Positions 58,331 to 64,000 of a stretch of 64,000 nucleotides of DNA are shown here, one piece after another; within the stretch, counting starts at the first letter, position 1, and the number at the start of each line of letters is the position of its first letter. The DNA lies in contig NW_003314373.1 in assembly GCF_000143415.4 (NCBI RefSeq), positions 390,876 to 454,875 on the forward strand, given 5' to 3'. The notes beneath the pieces are model-generated. The model saw only the letters and a program-made list of their open reading frames with translations, was not told the origin of the DNA and made no database searches. Source of the stretch: Selaginella moellendorffii. Its lineage: Eukaryota; Plantae; Lycopodiophyta. A program made the translations under genes and the position numbers.

Positions 58331-60369
58331 GAGGGTGAAAGCCCAAAGCGTTCGTCTCCTAGACCCTGGGGGGTTTGGTGAGCTCCAAAAGTATAGTAGG
58401 GGGAGGACTGCAGTGGAGCCAGTTTGGCCAGGAAAGGCCAAGTTGGCCCAGGAAAGCCAAACCCAGTGTTGGGTGATGAACTGACCACTGGGAAGTCCAA
58501 GACTAGAGTGAATACGGACTGACAAGCGGGGTAGCTTGGTGAAGTGCTCAAGAGCCGGCTTTAGTTCCCCCGGGAGATCGTCTGGCCGATGCTCCCAGTC
58601 CAAGTGTGGGTGGCACTACCTACTTGGATATCTGGTGTGGCTCAATGGAACCTTGCTCTAAGCCCATGGCTAGAGCACCTAAAGGCGAAAGGCAGGGAGA
58701 GTACCCACGAGGCCCACGTAGAGCCACGGTGTTCCGAAATGTCGTCCCAAAGTCCCAGACTGTGGAAAGGAAGAGGAGTAGCCCTCAGGTGTGGTGACCA
58801 AGGACACAATCACACAAGGAGGAAGTCCTAGAGGATAGTGGGACTTAGTGGTCGGGCCTGTGGGCCTTGATCCAGTGGCAGTGTCGGCGAACACGGCCAA
58901 GGACGGAAAGGGACTTGGTGGGGACTGGAACGGAGATGTTGGGGAAGGCTAATCCCCATGTCTGCGGGCATCCTAAGGATGCTAAGGAGTGGATCTGGGT
59001 TGATCACTCATGGATGGATGGCCCAGTCTTTGAGTGACGGGACTAGGATGTAGGTGGTGTCAGACCATCGGTGTGACCAAGGTAAAGGGGCATGGCCTTA
59101 GCATAACGGGCTGATATATTGGTGGTACCTTGGGGTGTCGGTCATGGGATCAAACACGTGAAGCACTTGGACCAAGTGCATAGGTTGAGTGGCAAGGATG
59201 CTATTTTCGGGGCTAGTAAGCCCAAGTCCAAAATAAGACTTATGGAGATTGTGAGTGAGACTCTTCCAAGTGGTCGAAGGTGCGGTTAAGTGACTAAAGT
59301 AAAATGGAAAAATTAGTCACTTACACAGATAACACTCAACAACACTAATTGATGCTCTGCTGGACAAACTAATCATGCTCCCATCTTGACACATATGATT
59401 TTAAAATACTTAGATTTAATCTTTTATTCAGTATAAAAGTTTAAAAAATCTTATTCAGTATTTAAATTTTTAAATAATTACTTTGTATTTATCAAAATTA
59501 ATAAAACGTAATTAGAAAATAATTCCCTGTGCATTGCACTTGGTTTGCTTAACAGTAGTTCTTTTTACTTACTAATCAAATTCATCAATGTTTATAATTT
59601 TAAAACACAAGATTAAAGAATATACTAGAATATACTAGAAAGTTTTTACAAAAATTTATAAATTATAAGCATATTTATATTTTTAAAATATAAGAATAAT
59701 TTAAATTAATAACAGCAGTTAGATAGTAGAATATTCTCAAATATTCAAATATATTTTAAGTATATCCACTAGTTTGCTTAAACAAACCAAAAAGTCTATG
59801 ATACAGAGATATTAAGGTTGCATACATAAGAATAACAGTACAAATATTGATAATTCATTTTATCCTCACACTTGGTAAATTCTGAACTAATTTAAATTCC
59901 TTGTTCATAGCTAGTTGTTGCTCAAGTCCTGAAAATCAATGAGGACAATATTGTTTTAAATATAAGCATGCTATTATTAGAATGCTGGTCTGGTAATTGG
60001 AATGAGTACAATCTAAGTCTGCTATTTTCATACATGGAAATGACTGTATTCATTTTTCTCTAAATGATAATGAAATAAAAATATTGATATCATTATGTCT
60101 TGCAATTTGTTTCAAAATTATGATTATGTTTGAGGTAGGACAACCGAGTCTAATTGGTACAAAATTTTACTCATTCCCACTGCTGTCATGCTTGCTCAAC
60201 TTTACTGGTGGTTAAATTTCTAATCCATACAGAAGAAAACATTTGAACTTTCAGAGTTGACCGTTTGACCCTCCGAACTGTAGCTCCGCGTGCTTGGAGC
60301 ATCCTGGATAAGAGAAGACCTTTTCTCAACTAAAGCTACAACCGCATTTAGCAACACATTCCTAGGAAA

Positions 60370-60844
60370 ATGGAGGCAAACAAGGGGCAAGTTCTTCTCA
60401 TACTTTTGTTCGCAATTCTTACCTTCTTAGGTTGTTTGTCACAAGCGAAAGCATCATGGCTTAAGATTTTGTGTCCTTGTGGCTATGTGTTTTTAGCTGT
60501 GGCATTGGACGAGAGAACTTGGTGTATTGCCAAGCCTGACTCTCCGGACGAGGCTCTTCAAAAGGCCTTGGACTACGCATGTGGTCAGCCCATGGTCAAC
60601 TGCCTCCAAATCCAGCCGGGCAATGGCTGCTACTCGCCAGTCAATCTCCACTCTCACTCATCCTTTGCGATGAACCTGTACTACCAGGGATATGGCAAGA
60701 ACTCGTGGAACTGTAATTTCTCCGGGATTGGAATCCTCACCACCGCAGATCCAAGTAAGTGAGGGGAAACGAGATTCTATTAAAACCGATTGGGAAAACT
60801 TTGTATTTTCAGGTTTCGGGAATTGTACGTATCCGTCCCCTTGA
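60370..60844 (+). CDS. secreted X8 (CBM43) domain protein, 3 exons
   Basis: Signal-peptide exon; WCIAKP..LQKALDYACG..C..IQPG..CY..HSSFAMNLYYQ..CNFSG..DPS|FGNCTYP. Confidence 0.92.
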
Positions 60845-61763
60845 TATAAAAGGGATAAAAGTTGTCCGGCGTTGATCCGGTCAACGAGCTTGACTCTCCT
60901 GGAACTCTCTCTTGGAACTAAAACGATTTGACTCCTCCCGCGAATGGTAGCATATTCTCCTTCCCCATGCTTTCCATGCTCGCAATTAAATATCTGTCCA
61001 CTTTGCGGGCATATTCCCCCGCGGGGCCAAAGAAATATCACGGGAAAAGGTCCATCTCACATACGTGGACGCATCTGCGAGATAGACATGTGTTAAGAGA
61101 ACGCATCCAAAACCCATGGAATAAGGATATTGTTTACAAACCCTTGCCAAAACTATCACCCTCTCGATTTGTACAGTGGCATAACAATGTGAAATTTCAC
61201 CTAAGGTTTCAAGCCCAATATAGTCAGTCCAATAAAAAAAATTTCACTACAGTGGCCAATCTACCCACCATTGCATTATTTTCGTCCATCACTCAGTGAG
61301 CAAGAGAGTGACAAATAAGGAGAGTAATATTCCCCTCCATCCTTGCGAGGCTATGGCCGAGAGAAGAGCTTCTAACAACCCGTGAATGCATGCTACACAC
61401 AGTAACTTAAAGGTAAATGCTTAGCTCGTGGTAGAAACAAGGGGAAAAAGATTTTTTTTTATTTTGCCTGTGGAGAAAGGGTTGCATTAGGTTATGCCAG
61501 TTTTCTCTGTCCAGTGGATTGATTCATGAGAGGCGGAGGAGCGCTCGGCGCCTTGGCGGCGTGTGCGAGGACGTAGAAATTCCGATTCCCCGGAGGATTG
61601 TCTCGAGGTAATGCGCGATGGCACTGGCGCTTGTCTTGTTCTTGGATGGATTGTTTCTCCCTTGGAATGGTTGTTGCTGGGATGCATTGGAATTGCATGG
61701 CTCGAATCTGACCCCGGATTGTTCTTGGTTTCTCGATCCAGGCCGAAATCTCGACACTCCGCA

Positions 61764-63987
61764 ATGCTGGCCAGCAGTGGCATGGCGGCGACATCGGCGC
61801 CATGGGGCGGCTCTGCGCTGGATTGCTCCAAGAACAAGGTCGCTCCATCGAAATCCGCCACAGTCCGGTGTTCTTTCAACCCGGCCGGGGCAGCAATCTC
61901 GTCGTCGTCGAGCGGCAAATCTTTGCTCCACAGCACGTTCGTAGCAGAAAGGCTCGCTCCCATCGAGAAATCTGTAGTCCGGAGGAGGATTCGTCCGGTC
62001 GTGCGTGCCGAGGCGGCATCGGTGGGCGTTTCTTCGCCTCTCGGCGACGGAATTCCAGCCAAGAAGAAGTTCTTTGGGGTCGACACTGTGACGCTCAAGA
62101 AGGTGATACCTCTGGGTCTCATGTTCTTCTGTATTCTCTTCAACTACACGATCCTGCGAGACACCAAGGACGTTTTGGTGGTGACGGCCAAAGGAAGCAG
62201 TGCTGAGATTATTCCTTTCCTCAAGACTTGGGTGAATCTCCCCATGGCTATCGGCTTCATGGTCATCTACACCAAGCTTTCCAACGTACTGTCCAGGGAG
62301 GCTCTCTTCTACGCTTGCATTCTCCCCTTCATTGGGTTTTTCGGGAGTTTTGCGTTCTTGCTATATCCTTTGCGTGACATCCTCCACCCGACTGCTCTAG
62401 CGGACCATCTTCTCTCGGTTCTCGGCCCCCGGTTCCTGGGCCCGATTGCCATCTTTCGCAACTGGACGTTTGTGCTGTTCTACGTCATGGCCGAGTTATG
62501 GGGGAGTGTCGTCGTATCGGTTCTCTTCTGGGGATTTGCGAACCAGGTACTTACTTGCTTACGTTGTGTTGTTTGTTCTTAAACTTGTGTCTTCTCTTTC
62601 AGATCACCACTGTGGATGAAGCAAAGCAGTTCTATCCCTTGTTTGGCTTGGGAGCCAACGTAGCGCTTGTTTTCTCGGGACGAACTGTTAAGTACTTCTC
62701 CGAATTAAGAGGACGGCTGGGACCTGGCGTTGATGGCTGGGGAATGTCTCTGAAAGGAATGATGAGCATTGTTGTAATGCTTGGTTTTGCCATCTGTGGC
62801 ATATATTGGTGGGTTAATGCTTTTGTTGTCAACGATCCCAACCTTCCCAAGATTGAGAAGAAGAAAAAGGTCAGTCATCTTTTAAGTTTTTCTTAAAACC
62901 ATTTACTAACTCTTTTGAGCATCTCCAGAAGAGCAAGCCTAAGATGAGCATGGGCGAAAGTGCGAAGTTCTTGTTGAACTCGAGATACATCCGGGACCTT
63001 GCAACCCTGGTGGTTGCTTATGGAATCAGTATTAACCTCGTCGAAGTTACATGGAAGTCGAAGCTCAAAGCTCAGGTAACGATAGTCTTCTTTCGGTGAT
63101 ACTGGCTGCAACAACGCCTGTGTTTGTTAACGCAGTTTCCAAGTCCCAACGACTACTCGTCGTTCATGGGAGACTTTTCGACGTGGACCGGAGTTGTCAC
63201 ATTCAGTATGATGTTGCTGAGCAGGGTAATTTTCCGTAAATATGGATGGGGAGTTGCAGCTGCCATTACACCAAGTGTTCTTCTTGTAACTGGAGTGGCA
63301 TTCTTCTCGCTGGTTCTCTTCAGCGATCCACTAACTCCATTCCTCGGAGGTATTGGGTTGACTCCACTGATGGCAGCTGTTTACGTTGGAGCTTTGCAAA
63401 ACATATTCAGTAAAAGTGCCAAGTACAGCTTGTTCGACCCGTGCAAGGAAATGGCTTACATTCCCTTGGACGAAGATACAAAGGTAAATCTATGAATGTA
63501 TGCTGCTCTGTCGTTTATTTTTGTTTGTTGTACTTCAGGTGAAAGGAAAGGCCGCTATTGACGTTGTATGCAATCCGTTAGGAAAATCAGGAGGTGCTCT
63601 CATTCAGCAGGTTCTGATCTTGTCGTTCGGGTCCCTTGCCAGTTCAACTCCGTACCTTGGCGCCATCCTCTTGGTTATTGTGTTAGCCTGGCTGGGTGCT
63701 GCTCGATCACTCGACAAGCAATTCACTCCAATGGTCCAAGAGGATTTGAAGGGCAAGCTACTGGAAGGAAAACTCTCGGCTATGACTGCGGCTTTATCTG
63801 AAACTTCCAAGGTTGGCACTCGCGAGGTAAGCCTTCTTCCGAGCTACATGCAACGTAACTTAAAACCAAGTCTTAAAACGAGCGGTAAAAGAGTTGCATG
63901 AGAGTTCACGGCTGCATTTTTCGGTTTTAGAGTGGACAGGATGAACAAGTCACGTCATCGTCGTCCAAGAGTCTTAAGACAAGTTAG
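61764..63987 (+). CDS. NTT: plastid ATP/ADP transporter (TLC family), 6 exons
   Basis: Transit-peptide-like N-terminus; LMFFCILFNYTILRDTKD, ELWGSVVVSVLFWGFANQ, KSAKYSLFDPCKEMAYIPLD, GKSGGALIQQ; last exon 63931-63987. Confidence 0.96.
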
Positions 63988-64000
63988 CAAGAGTTTTCCA

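Larger units (their letters stand above)
51841..59325 (+). mobile_element. non-autonomous LARD-like LTR retroelement (family B)
   Basis: LTRs 51841-53617 and 57681-59325; exact TSD CAGAT on both sides; PBS TGGTATCGGAGC; PPT-like ATGGGTGGTAGAGT; ~4-kb interior without recognisable gag/pol. Confidence 0.92.

Noticed and set aside
61764-63987. NTT as a novel horizontal transfer
   Set aside because: The bacterial (chlamydial-like) ancestry of plastid NTTs is long established; this is an ordinary copy

Overview
Plant nuclear DNA, most consistent with a lycophyte (Selaginella-like): introns of about 50-60 nt, tightly packed genes and many intronless short-motif PPR genes. The left part (about 5.4-25.5 kb) is a four-level nest of Ty3/gypsy LTR retroelements: an old short-LTR element contains a chromovirus, which contains a second same-family copy inserted antisense and later flipped by an internal inversion, which in turn contains a TRIM. 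It is flanked by a small secreted-protein gene, a Harbinger remnant, a decayed RluA-type pseudouridine synthase gene and a GH127/DUF1680 gene broken into four pieces of alternating orientation. The centre (27-50 kb) is gene-dense: five PPR genes, an AT-rich secreted bulb-lectin fusion, a TTL (TPR-thioredoxin) gene, a CYP71-clan P450, a VQ protein, tRNA-Asp(GTC) and a bromodomain remnant. The right part holds a 7.5-kb non-coding LARD-like LTR element with a clean TSD, an X8-domain gene and a complete plastid ATP/ADP transporter. The most novel-looking signal is a covarying structured-RNA module shared by the chromovirus 3' UTR and the interior of the non-coding element: two tRNA T-loop/B-box hairpins followed by a four-way junction with a predicted double pseudoknot. 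All coordinates and base pairings were read by eye; no searches were run.
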